This document shows, in pieces, positions 25,267 through 34,241 of a stretch of DNA of 53,647 bases (the stretch's first letter is position 1; every line of letters starts with the position of its first letter). The position numbers were made by a program, and so were the translations under genes. Origin of the DNA: Bacillota bacterium (GTDB lineage Bacteria > Bacillota > DTU030). The notes beneath the pieces are model-generated. The model did no database searches and was not told the origin of the DNA. It worked only from the letters and a program-made list of their open reading frames with translations. The stretch covers positions 1-53,647 of the forward strand of contig JAAYSG010000024.1 in NCBI GenBank assembly GCA_012518435.1, read 5' to 3'.

Positions 25267-26736
25267 ATGCAGGTGAAATGGATGAGAGGCTTGGCTTGTT
25301 TACTCTTTTGTATCCTTTTGTCAGTTTGCCTAGGTGCTTGTTCTTGCCGTCCACAGCCTAAGGAGGAAAAATCCGATGTGGATAAGGTTTTGACAACTGA
25401 TGTGCTGGTTGTGGGGGCGGGAGGAACCGGCTTGGCTGCGGCTGCAGTGGCCAGTAACAATGGTGCCGATGTTATTATCTTGGAAAAATTGGCCTTTGTG
25501 GGGGGATCGACTATGTTGTCGGGTGGTGGCATTTCTGCCCCAAATACAAAATTCCAAAGGGCAGAGGGCATTGAGGATTCTAAGGAATCTTGGATGGAAC
25601 TCTGGAAGGAGCGCCAGGCCACAAGTAACCCGGAGGGGATGTATCCCGACTATGAGTTTGTGGGCCTGTTTATGGATGAGGCTGTTATAACCACGGAGTG
25701 GCTGGCGGACGAAATAGGACTAAAATATGCCAGTATAGAGGGTTTTGGCTTGGACCCGGTACGGCGGATTCATTTTCCGGAAAATGGTGGCCGGGGTATA
25801 GTTCAAAGGCTGGAGGAATATGTGCGGGGAAAGGGGGTTGAAATTCTTACTGAAACCCCGGCCAAAAAGTTGGTTATTGACAATAAGGGTGGTGTGACGG
25901 GGGTAATTGCCGAGGGGAAGGATGGGGAGGTTGCCATTGAGGCAAAAAAGGTAATATTGGCCACCGGTGGTTTTGCCAGAAATGAGGGCCTTTTGGAAAG
26001 GTTTGTACCGGAGGCGGCGGGGACAGCGGAATTGACCATGGCGGGGGCTGGGAGTACCGGGGAAGGAATCTTGATGGCGGAGGATATTGATGCCGAACCC
26101 TATGAAGAACCTTGGATTATGGGTGTTGGCATTGCTACGAAAATTAAGGATACGGCCATGTTGGGCATGGATTGGAGCAAACTCTATGTCAATGGTGAGG
26201 GGGAGCGCTTTGCCAATGAGCAGATGCATTATGCCATTGCAACGAATAAGTTTTTAGAAGAAGATGTGGTCTACATTGTGCTGGATTCCAAAGAGGCCAA
26301 TGCGGATGTCATCGCGGCCCTGACCGAGGCAATGCCCTCGGCTGAGGTGGTTGTAGGTGATACCTTTGCGGAATTGGCGGAAGGGATGGATGTGCCAGTT
26401 GATATCTTTACCGCTACTATGGAGGAGTATAATGAAGGGGCTCGGACGGGGAATGATGCCCTGGGTAAGGAGGCGGAGTACGTAATTGCCGTGGATGAGT
26501 CCCCCTACTACGCGGTAAGGGCCTATCCCCAGACCATGGGAACCTTTGGGGGGGTAAAAACCGATGAAAATTTTCGCGTTTTGCGCAAGGATGGCTCCGT
26601 TATCGACAACCTCTATGCCGGCGGTGAATGTGCTAACAAAGTAATTTTTAATCGAGTGTATATGTCGGGTAGTTCGGTGCAGTTTGCCTTAACCAGCGGC
26701 CGCCTGGCCGGGGAACATGCAGCCCAGAATTTATAG
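25267..26736 (+). CDS. Secreted lipoprotein FAD-dependent oxidoreductase (fumarate/urocanate-reductase-like flavoprotein)
   Basis: A signal peptide with lipobox (LLSVCLGAC) is followed by the dinucleotide fold VLVVGAGGTGLAAAAVASNNGADVIILEK...GGSTMLSGGG. The C-terminal GLYAGGE motif is typical of FAD_binding_2 reductases. ATG at 25267 follows AAGGAGAGG. Confidence 0.8.
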   Translation: MQVKWMRGLACLLFCILLSVCLGACSCRPQPKEEKSDVDKVLTTDVLVVGAGGTGLAAAAVASNNGADVIILEKLAFVGGSTMLSGGGISAPNTKFQRAEGIEDSKESWMELWKERQATSNPEGMYPDYEFVGLFMDEAVITTEWLADEIGLKYASIEGFGLDPVRRIHFPENGGRGIVQRLEEYVRGKGVEILTETPAKKLVIDNKGGVTGVIAEGKDGEVAIEAKKVILATGGFARNEGLLERFVPEAAGTAELTMAGAGSTGEGILMAEDIDAEPYEEPWIMGVGIATKIKDTAMLGMDWSKLYVNGEGERFANEQMHYAIATNKFLEEDVVYIVLDSKEANADVIAALTEAMPSAEVVVGDTFAELAEGMDVPVDIFTATMEEYNEGARTGNDALGKEAEYVIAVDESPYYAVRAYPQTMGTFGGVKTDENFRVLRKDGSVIDNLYAGGECANKVIFNRVYMSGSSVQFALTSGRLAGEHAAQNL

Positions 26737-26825
26737 TGGGGTGTATTGTCGCCGGCACTATGGATGGTGGGATATTTATTGGGCCCTACGGGCCGGTAGG
26801 TGAGAAATTGGGGGCCATTGGAGCT

Positions 26826-26860
26826 GGGGCGGGGTCAAGGTACCCCGCCTTATTTCTGTT
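26826..26860 (+). terminator. Rho-independent terminator after the flavoprotein gene
   Basis: Stem GGCGGGG / CCCCGCC with an 8-nt loop, followed by TTATTTCTGTTT. Confidence 0.6.
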
Positions 26861-27006
26861 TAAAGGGCGGGAATAATATCTCTTCCTGTGATATAATTGA
26901 TAAAGTGATTTTTGGCCAACTGGTACAGAGAGAATATTGCCCACTAATACTAATGATCTAAACTGGGGCAAGTTAAATTTTGCTTATAAAGGGGTTATTA
27001 TGACGC

Positions 27007-28398
27007 ATGGCGGCTTTGGCAGAACTATTTTCACCTAAGGATATGACTGTAGGTCCACCCTGGAAACGAATTGTGGAATTTTCCCTTCCTCTTTTGCTTG
27101 GAAACATTGCCCAACAGCTTTACAATACTGTCGATTCCATTGTTATTGGTAGGTATGTGGGGGATAATGCTTTAGCCGCCGTTGGCAGTGCCTTACCTGT
27201 GCTGCACTTCCTTCTTGTTTTGTTTGTTGCGGTGGCCACTGGGGCGGGGATAATGGTTTCCCAGTATTTTGGTGCCAAGGATCGGGCTCGGCTTTCTCGC
27301 TCCATTGGGGCCTGTGTAACCTTGACGGCGATTGCATCCACAATACTTATGTTAATAGGGCCCGTGGTCATACGTCCCATGCTAATTCTTATCAACACAC
27401 CAGATACAATAATAGATTGGTGTGCCGACTACTTGTTGATCCTTATGCTTGGTAATTGGGGCTTTTCTTATTTTAATATTTTTTCCGGGATATTGCGGGG
27501 GCTGGGGGATTCCCTGTCCGCCCTGATATTTTTACTTATTTCCACGGCCCTCAACATAGTATTGGACATTTGGTTTGTGGCCGGTTTGAATTTGGGTGTT
27601 CCGGGTGTTGCCCTGGCCACCGTCATTGCCCAGCTACTTTCGGCTGTTCTCTGTGCCCTTAAGCTTGGCAAAATGCAGGCTATATTTGATTTTAACCTTA
27701 ATATGTTAAAACCACGGAAAAAATATCTTCTCCAGCTCCTCCGGTTGGGATTGCCTTCGGGTTTGACCCAGGTAATCTTTTCCTTGGCCATGGTAACTGT
27801 CCAGTCCCTAACGAATACCTTTGGAGAGATGATTATTGCCTGCAATGTTATTGTAATGCGGGTGGATGGGTTTGCCATGATGCCTAACTTTAGCTTTGGT
27901 ATGACCATGACCACCTATGCTGGGCAAAATGTGGGGGCGAAAAGGATCGACCGGGTAGAATTGGGGACAAGGCAGGGTTTGGCAATAGCCGTGGGAGTTT
28001 CAACGGTTATTACCATGATTATCTTGCTCTTTGGTCGGCATCTTATGAATATTTTTACCGGAACGGTGGCCCTGGTTGATTTGAGTATGCGCATGATGCG
28101 TATCCTGGCCGCAGGATACATCGCCATGGCTGTGACACAGGTGCTAGCGGGGGTTATGCGTGGGGCAGGGGACACTGTGACCCCCATGTGGCTTTCCTTG
28201 ATAACGACCATATTTTTGCGGGTCCCCATTGCCTACGGGCTTGCTCACCTCACCAGGAGTCCACAATTTCCCCGGGGAAGACCGGAATCAATTTTTGTTT
28301 CCCTTTTAATGGCCTGGGTATTGGGTGCGGTGGTTACCTATGTATTTTATCGGCGGGGCAAGTGGAAGGAAAAGGCCCTTTTAAAGGATGTGCAGTAA
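27007..28398 (+). CDS. MATE-family efflux transporter
   Basis: Twelve-helix polytopic protein with an N-terminus typical of MATE/NorM-like proteins (PWKRIVEFSLPLLLGNIAQQLYNTVDSIVIGRYVG). Confidence 0.85.
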   Translation: MAALAELFSPKDMTVGPPWKRIVEFSLPLLLGNIAQQLYNTVDSIVIGRYVGDNALAAVGSALPVLHFLLVLFVAVATGAGIMVSQYFGAKDRARLSRSIGACVTLTAIASTILMLIGPVVIRPMLILINTPDTIIDWCADYLLILMLGNWGFSYFNIFSGILRGLGDSLSALIFLLISTALNIVLDIWFVAGLNLGVPGVALATVIAQLLSAVLCALKLGKMQAIFDFNLNMLKPRKKYLLQLLRLGLPSGLTQVIFSLAMVTVQSLTNTFGEMIIACNVIVMRVDGFAMMPNFSFGMTMTTYAGQNVGAKRIDRVELGTRQGLAIAVGVSTVITMIILLFGRHLMNIFTGTVALVDLSMRMMRILAAGYIAMAVTQVLAGVMRGAGDTVTPMWLSLITTIFLRVPIAYGLAHLTRSPQFPRGRPESIFVSLLMAWVLGAVVTYVFYRRGKWKEKALLKDVQ

Positions 28399-28710
28399 CA
28401 GAATCCCCTTGGCGTGCTATGTTTTCCTCAATACTTTTGGTTGGCTTGGCCCCGGGGTGGGGTTCTAGGTTAAGGGGAATATGGCTAATCTAATGCATGG
28501 TAAAGGGGTAAGGGTGGAAGGGTGTGAGCCCCATGGGCCAGCGGTTAAATGTTATTTTAAATTGTGTAATGGGTTCATTTCTTGGTGTATTTCTAGGTCA
28601 TTGCACATATAAATACCTTGATTATGTAAAGCACCCGGCCTTATAATTATCCCAATTGGGGAAAAGGTGCACAGCGCTGGGACAAAAGATGGGTACTGCC
28701 AGGACAAATG

Positions 28711-28732
28711 GGGGGGCGGTATCCCCGCCCCC
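28711..28732 (-). terminator. Possible terminator downstream of the PPC-domain gene
   Basis: GC-rich hairpin GGGGGCGG-tatcc-CCGCCCCC just beyond the minus-strand stop. The U-tract is weak. Confidence 0.35.
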
Positions 28733-28754
28733 GAAGGTATCTTGCTCAGGGTCT

Positions 28755-29174
28755 TCAAAATTCAAGGAGGTTCAACCCCACTTCGGCACAAAACTTGCGG
28801 TCAACCTGACCCTCCATGGTGTCAATAATAATTTCCCCCGTTGCACTGATGACAGCCTTGTTCAAATGGCCTCCCACGGCCCTTAGGCTACTGTCGGCAA
28901 GGGTAATGTGGAGGTGCAAATAAACCTCTCCATCTTGGCTAGAAATATTGCCCACCAGACTAGTAATTTCCATATCCCCCGTAATTTCCCGGGAGTGGTA
29001 TTTCTTCTTTGCCGTTTCAAAGAGGCCAATGACAGCCCTGTCAACTGCCCCAATTCCCGTTACGCTGCCCAGCCGGATATTGTTTTCTTGGCAGAATTTC
29101 CCAATGGATTCCAGTATCTCATCACCCTTGTCCAATCGCAATACATACTTGCTACCAAATTTTCGATAATCCAT
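28755..29174 (-). CDS. PPC (DUF296) domain DNA-binding protein
   Basis: MDYRKFGSKYVLRLDKGDEILESI...LGSVTGIGAV...GEVYLHLHITLAD is typical of PPC/DUF296. ATG at 29174 follows GGAAGGAGAAGGG. Confidence 0.8.
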   Translation of the reverse strand: MDYRKFGSKYVLRLDKGDEILESIGKFCQENNIRLGSVTGIGAVDRAVIGLFETAKKKYHSREITGDMEITSLVGNISSQDGEVYLHLHITLADSSLRAVGGHLNKAVISATGEIIIDTMEGQVDRKFCAEVGLNLLEF

Positions 29175-29390
29175 AACCCTTCTCCTTCCAAAGTTTTTTG
29201 CTGGCATAGTTTATACTATACCACCGGCTACAACTTCCCCTATTAGTATAGCATTTATTTCCTTGGCGGTGGATTCCAAATTGGTATCCACATTTTTGTT
29301 TCTAATTAGCAGGGGAAAATAATATGCATAAAGCAGTACCCCATTTTGTTCATCTGTCCACGGGAAGTTACCCGGGAAGGGGGGAGGCTC

Positions 29391-30125
29391 ATGGATTTGT
29401 TGGGGGAAAGGCGGGCCGGGGCTGTAAGGGCGACTGCAGCAATTCTTCTGTTATTCTTTGCTTGCGGCTTTCTATTATACAGTTTTAACATCCTTTCTGG
29501 CCGGAGGGAAATGGCTGCCCTGTCCACCACCATGGGACAGCGGATTATTGTGCTTGATCCGGGGCACGGCGGAGTTGATGGGGGGGCCAAGGGGCCTGGC
29601 GGGATAAAGGAAGAGACTGTGGTCCTAGGTGTGGCTAAATATTTGGCCAAGTACCTGGAACAGGCTGGTGCTAAGGTCTTCCTTACGCGGGAAAAGGATA
29701 TTGAACTTGCCGCAAGCAATGTGGAAGACTTGGATGCTCGCCTGGATTTGGCCCGGGATGTGGCCGCCGACATTTTTATCAGTATCCATGCCAACAGTTT
29801 TCCCAGTCCCTACGAATTTGGTGCCCAAACCTTCTATTGCCACAATCATCCGGGAAGCAAATTTCTGGCGGAAAACATTCAGGATTCCCTTGTGGCCGGC
29901 ATTGATGTTCTGGGTTACAATTATCGAAAGGTACAGGAGGCGGAATACTATGTTTTACGCAATTTGGCTATACCCGCCAACCTAATTGAGGTTGGGTTCT
30001 TGTCTAATCCCCGGGAGGAATCCCTCTTGAGCCAGTCTGCCTATCAGAAGAGGTTGGCCTATTGTATTTTTGTTGGTGTGGTGCGCTATTTTTCCCAGGA
30101 TACCGCAATAGATGGGCCCCAATAG
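29391..30125 (+). CDS. cwlD: N-acetylmuramoyl-L-alanine amidase CwlD (germination-specific)
   Basis: An N-terminal membrane anchor is followed by IVLDPGHGGVDGGAKG...VFLTREKD...ADIFISIHANSF. This is CwlD-like in size and architecture. Start at M16 follows GGGGGGAGG. Confidence 0.8.
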   Translation: MDLLGERRAGAVRATAAILLLFFACGFLLYSFNILSGRREMAALSTTMGQRIIVLDPGHGGVDGGAKGPGGIKEETVVLGVAKYLAKYLEQAGAKVFLTREKDIELAASNVEDLDARLDLARDVAADIFISIHANSFPSPYEFGAQTFYCHNHPGSKFLAENIQDSLVAGIDVLGYNYRKVQEAEYYVLRNLAIPANLIEVGFLSNPREESLLSQSAYQKRLAYCIFVGVVRYFSQDTAIDGPQ

Positions 30126-30346
30126 AAGAGGAGATAAGGGAGATTATATAGAAGTTATTGAATAGCTAGTTGTCGGGGGAAAGACTCTGTACGGCGGGGG
30201 CAAGCATTAGTTTCACGCTCATTTGGGTATCATAGGAAGGATAATTTTGCTCTGGGGGGAATTGCGGGGGTGTAAATTGGGCCCTTGGAAATAGGGCCGG
30301 GTATTTTAACTGGGGAGGTTGCTTTTTGTTAGGGAGGAGGAGTGAG

Positions 30347-31708
30347 ATGGGTGTTGTTTCGGCTGCCATAGTCCCCCACCCGGCTATTATAATACCGGAG
30401 GTTGGGGGAAGGGAGATTTCAAGGGTGATGGCAACAAGGAAGGCCATGCAGACCCTATCCCGGCGGCTTAAGGAAGCCGAGCCGGAGACCATTGTTATCA
30501 TCACCCCCCATGGTGCTGTCTTTCGTGATGCGGTGCCTCTACTAAAGGAGCCCAAACTTCGGGGAAGTTTCGCCCCCTTTGGCGTTCCCCAGATCAGCTA
30601 TACCGGGGAAAATGATCTGGAACTGGTAGAGGAGATTACCTCCACCTGTAATAAATTGGCCATACCCACTGTGGAAATAAGCGGTGGTCTTCTGGGACGT
30701 CTGGGGCTGAGGTCGGAGTTGGATCACGGTGTTTTGGTCCCTCTCCACTACTTTCGGGAGGAGGGGATTAATACCCCTCTAGTTGTTATTGGTATGGCCC
30801 TCTTGCCTAACCCGGTCTTATATGAGTTTGGGCAGGCGGTGGCTAGGGCTGCTGCCAGGCGGGGGAGGCGGGTGGCGGTTGTGGCCAGCGGGGATCTTTC
30901 CCACCGCCTTACTCCCGCTGCTCCGGCGGGTTATGATAGTGGGGGAAGAGTTTTCGATGAAAAAATTGTTGCCGCCGTAAAGGAGTGGAACCCAAAGGAG
31001 ATTATGGATTTAGAACCAGACCTGGTAGAAAGGGCCGGTGAGTGTGGTTGGCGTCCGATTATTATGATGAGTGGTAGTCTAAAGGGTTTGCCCGTCGAGG
31101 GTGAGGTGTTGTCTTACCAAGGGCCCTTTGGTGTGGGATATCTGGTGGCTTCCCTAAAAATAGGGGAAGGGGGACAGGGGACCACCTTGTCAACCGATGT
31201 GGCAAACCCATATGTGGAAGTGGCCCGGAGGAGCCTGGAAACATATGTACGGGATGGAAAGCAATTTATCCTCCCCCAATCCCTTTCCCCCGGGTTGAAG
31301 CGGCGGGCCGGAGCCTTTGTTACCCTAAAAAAGGATGGCAGGCTACGGGGTTGTATTGGCACCGTGGAAGCGACCAAAAGCACCTTGGCGGCGGAAATTG
31401 CTGCCAATGCCCTTGCCGCCGGTCTCCGGGATCCCCGTTTTCCCCCTGTGGAGAAGGGGGAACTTTCCCAGCTCACCTATTCCGTAGATGTCATGGGGCC
31501 CCCGGAAGCCGTTGCCAGCCAAGGGGAATTGGATCCACAGCGGTATGGGGTTATTGTACGGGCTGGGGGCCGCACCGGCCTACTCCTTCCCAACCTAGAG
31601 GGGGTGGAAACGGCTACCCAGCAGGTGGAGATTGCCCGGCAAAAAGCTGGCATTGATCTCCATGAGAAAATGAAATTGTACCGCTTTGAGGTGGAAAGGC
31701 ACTACTAG
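30347..31708 (+). CDS. Fusion protein: class III extradiol-dioxygenase (LigB/Memo-like) domain + AMMECR1 domain (AmmeMemoRadiSam system protein A-type)
   Basis: The N-terminal ~270 aa (IVPHPAIIIPEVGG..., SGDLSHRL) is LigB-like. The C-terminus carries the AMMECR1 signature GAFVTLKKDGRLRGCIGT. ATG at 30347 follows GGGAGGAGGAG. Confidence 0.75.
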   Translation: MGVVSAAIVPHPAIIIPEVGGREISRVMATRKAMQTLSRRLKEAEPETIVIITPHGAVFRDAVPLLKEPKLRGSFAPFGVPQISYTGENDLELVEEITSTCNKLAIPTVEISGGLLGRLGLRSELDHGVLVPLHYFREEGINTPLVVIGMALLPNPVLYEFGQAVARAAARRGRRVAVVASGDLSHRLTPAAPAGYDSGGRVFDEKIVAAVKEWNPKEIMDLEPDLVERAGECGWRPIIMMSGSLKGLPVEGEVLSYQGPFGVGYLVASLKIGEGGQGTTLSTDVANPYVEVARRSLETYVRDGKQFILPQSLSPGLKRRAGAFVTLKKDGRLRGCIGTVEATKSTLAAEIAANALAAGLRDPRFPPVEKGELSQLTYSVDVMGPPEAVASQGELDPQRYGVIVRAGGRTGLLLPNLEGVETATQQVEIARQKAGIDLHEKMKLYRFEVERHY

Positions 31709-31777
31709 GGGAGGCCTATGTGGCGCTCCTTGGCAAAAATTTGGTAAGGATACATACCAGCTAAGGGTGGTGTTGCC

Positions 31778-32770
31778 GTGCAAAGGGTCCATTTTTACGA
31801 AGAACTCCCCCAGCAAAGGGTGCGCTGTGGCATTTGCCCCCACCGCTGCCAAATTGCTGTGGGTGAATATGGCATTTGCCGGGTAAGAAAAAATAGCGGT
31901 GGCCTCCTTTTGGCCACCAATTATGCCCGCTGTGTTGCCTCGGGCCTGGATCCCATAGAAAAAAAGCCCCTTTACCACTTTTACCCGGGATCCACAATTC
32001 TTTCCTTTGGCGCCCTGGGTTGTAATTTGAGCTGTGATTTTTGCCAGAATTGGCAGATAGCCCAGGCCCAGGCTCCCACCCATGAGTTAAAACCGGAGAG
32101 GGCGGTGCAATTGGCCCTTGGGGCCGGAAAGGATTGCATAGGTATTGCCTATACCTATTCGGAGCCCTTGATGTGGTATGAGTATATTAGGGATACGGCT
32201 CCCCTGGCCCGGGAAAAGGGTTTAAAGAATGTGGTCGTCAGCAATGGCTATATTAATCCCCAGCCCTTGGCGGCCCTTCTCCCCTTCATTGATGCCTTTA
32301 ACATTGATATCAAGGCATTTCGCCCGGAATATTACAGGAGGCTCTGTGGGGCAAAAATAGAACCGGTTTTGGCTACTGTACGGGCCTGTGTAGAGGCTGG
32401 CTGCCATGTGGAGGTGACCACCCTTCTGGTCACCGGCCTCAATGATTCTGAAGGGGAAATCCGGGAACTTGTGGATTGGATTTATTCCCTAGACCCCTTG
32501 CTTCCCCTTCACTTCAGCCGCTACTTCCCCAGCTACAAGCTGGACCTGCCCCCCACCCCCCTAAAAACCCTGGAGCGGGCCTATGAAATAGCCCGGGAAA
32601 AATTGTCCCATGTATATTTGGGGAATATCGGGGATTCCGTGGGCAGCACCAGTTATTGCCCCCGGTGCGGCAATACAGTGGTGGTAAGGGATGGATATGA
32701 GATAGAAATAAAGGGGCTGGTTGGGGGCAAGTGTAGGAAGTGTGGGGAGCAGGTGATGAAGCATGCCTGA
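31778..32770 (+). CDS. AmmeMemoRadiSam-system radical SAM enzyme
   Basis: The N-terminal CxxCxxxC...C motif (RCGICPHRCQIAVGEYGIC) plus the radical SAM motif CNLSCDFCQNW resembles a PflA-like activase. It lies adjacent to the AMMECR1 fusion gene. Confidence 0.85.
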   Translation: MQRVHFYEELPQQRVRCGICPHRCQIAVGEYGICRVRKNSGGLLLATNYARCVASGLDPIEKKPLYHFYPGSTILSFGALGCNLSCDFCQNWQIAQAQAPTHELKPERAVQLALGAGKDCIGIAYTYSEPLMWYEYIRDTAPLAREKGLKNVVVSNGYINPQPLAALLPFIDAFNIDIKAFRPEYYRRLCGAKIEPVLATVRACVEAGCHVEVTTLLVTGLNDSEGEIRELVDWIYSLDPLLPLHFSRYFPSYKLDLPPTPLKTLERAYEIAREKLSHVYLGNIGDSVGSTSYCPRCGNTVVVRDGYEIEIKGLVGGKCRKCGEQVMKHA

Positions 32771-32773
32771 CTA

Positions 32774-33502
32774 ATGGTGGGGGAGGGGTACCCAATGATG
32801 ACAAAACGCCTCATGGTGCGGGGCCTAACTCTTGCCCTAACACTTAACTTGCTAATTGTTCTTTTATTGTGCAATATTGAGGCAGTTGCCTTTGATGTGG
32901 AGCACTATCGGGGCCAGTTTGCCCACCTAGATCGGCCCGGGGCTACCGGGATGAGCCAGGAGGAGCTGGTTCGGGTAACTGGGGAAATATGGTCTTACCT
33001 GCGGGGCCAGCGCGGAAACTTGCAGCTGACGGCCCTTGTGGATGGGCAGCGGCTGCCGGTCTTTGACCAGCGAGAGCAGGACCATATGGTGGATGTCCGG
33101 GTGCTTTTTCAAAGGGGATATTTTCTTCGCAATGTGGGATTAGTTTTGTTGCCCATATTGCTCATCACCGCTGTCTTGTTGAATAATAATCACCGGTTGG
33201 ATAGGGGTTTGGCCCTTATTCTCAACAGGGCTGGGATGGGGAGCCTTTTTATTTTACTGGCTGTGGGGATACTGGTGTATTATTCCTTTGACTCGTGGTT
33301 TGATAGATTTCATCTGCTCTTCTTTCCCAATGATCTCTGGCAGCTGGACCCCAGCCGGCACAATCTTATTAAGATGTTTCCCCTGGATTTCTTTTTCAAT
33401 ACCACCATTAAATTTGTCGGCCGCAGCCTATTACAATTGGCAATAATCACCGCCGGCAGTGGTTGGTATCTGGTCTGGAAAAGGGGGAAAGGCTCAAGAT
33501 GA
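32774..33502 (+). CDS. Integral membrane protein, TIGR01906/DUF1461-type
   Basis: It has an N-terminal TM helix, then an extracytoplasmic segment (...QREQDHMVDVRVLF...), then 3-4 further TM helices. The start codon is uncertain (several in-frame Met). Confidence 0.6.
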   Translation: MVGEGYPMMTKRLMVRGLTLALTLNLLIVLLLCNIEAVAFDVEHYRGQFAHLDRPGATGMSQEELVRVTGEIWSYLRGQRGNLQLTALVDGQRLPVFDQREQDHMVDVRVLFQRGYFLRNVGLVLLPILLITAVLLNNNHRLDRGLALILNRAGMGSLFILLAVGILVYYSFDSWFDRFHLLFFPNDLWQLDPSRHNLIKMFPLDFFFNTTIKFVGRSLLQLAIITAGSGWYLVWKRGKGSR

Positions 33503-33870
33503 CCTGTGCGCCGGCCCAGGTTGGATCCTTTACCGGCCTGATCGATCTTCCGAGGCGAAAAGACCGGGTGGGAACCCAAGCTGACCTTGGCTCGACCACC
33601 AGAAATACCTGAGGAGCCGAAGCTGCCGTTCTGACAACCTTTGGCCCCTAGCCATTCCTGGGATACTGGCCTGCGGCACTTCGGGTGGTCTTAGCTCGAC
33701 CCTCGGCCATCCCCGCCACATCCCCGGGGGAACCTGGCGGGAACAGATGGGGATCTTCCCTCCGGCCGCGGGGGCCCTGGCCCTCCATGCGACCTTTGGC
33801 CGACTCCGGTGGGGCGCGTAAGCCCGCCGTAGTCTTGGCTCAGCCATCAGGAGCCTTTCCTATGATGGTA
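33503..33870. other. GC-rich, repeat-containing, structure-like non-coding region (candidate unclassified ncRNA)
   Basis: There is no credible ORF; only Arg/Pro-rich spurious frames occur. The GC content is visibly higher than in the flanking DNA. It contains many short hairpins, such as CCCGCCA...TGGCGGG at 33712-33741, and a recurring GACCTTGGCTCGACC-like module in 5 copies. The strand is undetermined. Confidence 0.35.
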
Positions 33871-34009
33871 TCTTGTCCCTAAAGTGGCAGGATTATACCC
33901 ACTAATGTATTTGCCCTTCTTCGGGCATGTGTGGCACTGTGTTTTTGCATAAAAGTATTCCTTGCGGGGTATTGTAATGGTGAATAAACCCGTAAAGGAG
34001 GTTGAGCCC

Positions 34010-34141
34010 ATGCCGGAAGAACAGCCACCCGCATACAGACAGGCCAGGGAGCGGAATTTAAAGTTGGAGAAGGATAAAAAGAAAAAGGATGCTCGTAAGT
34101 GGGCCAAGGATACAGCAGCGGATAATATCCAAGCCCCTTGA
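34010..34141 (+). CDS. Small 43-aa Lys-rich hypothetical protein
   Basis: It is below the track cutoff. The sequence is MPEEQPPAYRQARERNLKLEKDKKKKDARKWAKDTAADNIQAP. AAAGGAGG lies 8 nt upstream, and a strong terminator follows ~70 nt downstream. Confidence 0.4.
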   Translation: MPEEQPPAYRQARERNLKLEKDKKKKDARKWAKDTAADNIQAP

Positions 34142-34209
34142 TGCCGTTGAATTATCGGGATATGGGGCAATACACCTAATTTAGAGGGAAAAGGGGTTAT
34201 AGAGGGTCT

Positions 34210-34241
34210 GTGTCCCCGGGATGGGGGCACTTTTTATTTTT
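34210..34241 (+). terminator. Rho-independent terminator
   Basis: An 8-bp stem (GTGTCCCC / GGGGGCAC, one G-U pair) is followed by TTTTTATTTTT. It lies inside the 5' end of the track's long recD2 ORF, which argues for a later recD2 start. Confidence 0.65.

Noticed and set aside
33530-33847. A 105-aa minus-strand ORF (and the 65-aa plus-strand ORF at 33685-33882) as protein-coding genes.
   Set aside because: Their extreme Arg/Pro/Gly/Trp-rich composition is typical of random frames in GC-rich structured DNA. There is no SD, and both strands have similar pseudo-ORFs.
33503-33870. Identifying the GC-rich region as RNase P RNA, tmRNA, SRP RNA, a cobalamin or M-box riboswitch, or a T-box.
   Set aside because: I checked both strands by eye.
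- RNase P: no GGAAAGUCC or ACAGAA core; only a partial AGGAAAGGCUCC.
- tmRNA: no tRNA-like GGUUCGA...CCACCA end.
- SRP: no GGAAG/GNAR domain IV motif.
- No B12 box and no T-box sequence.
Resemblances such as CCACCGGAGUCGGCCAAAGG (versus RNase P CR-III) are in the wrong order. It therefore remains unclassified.
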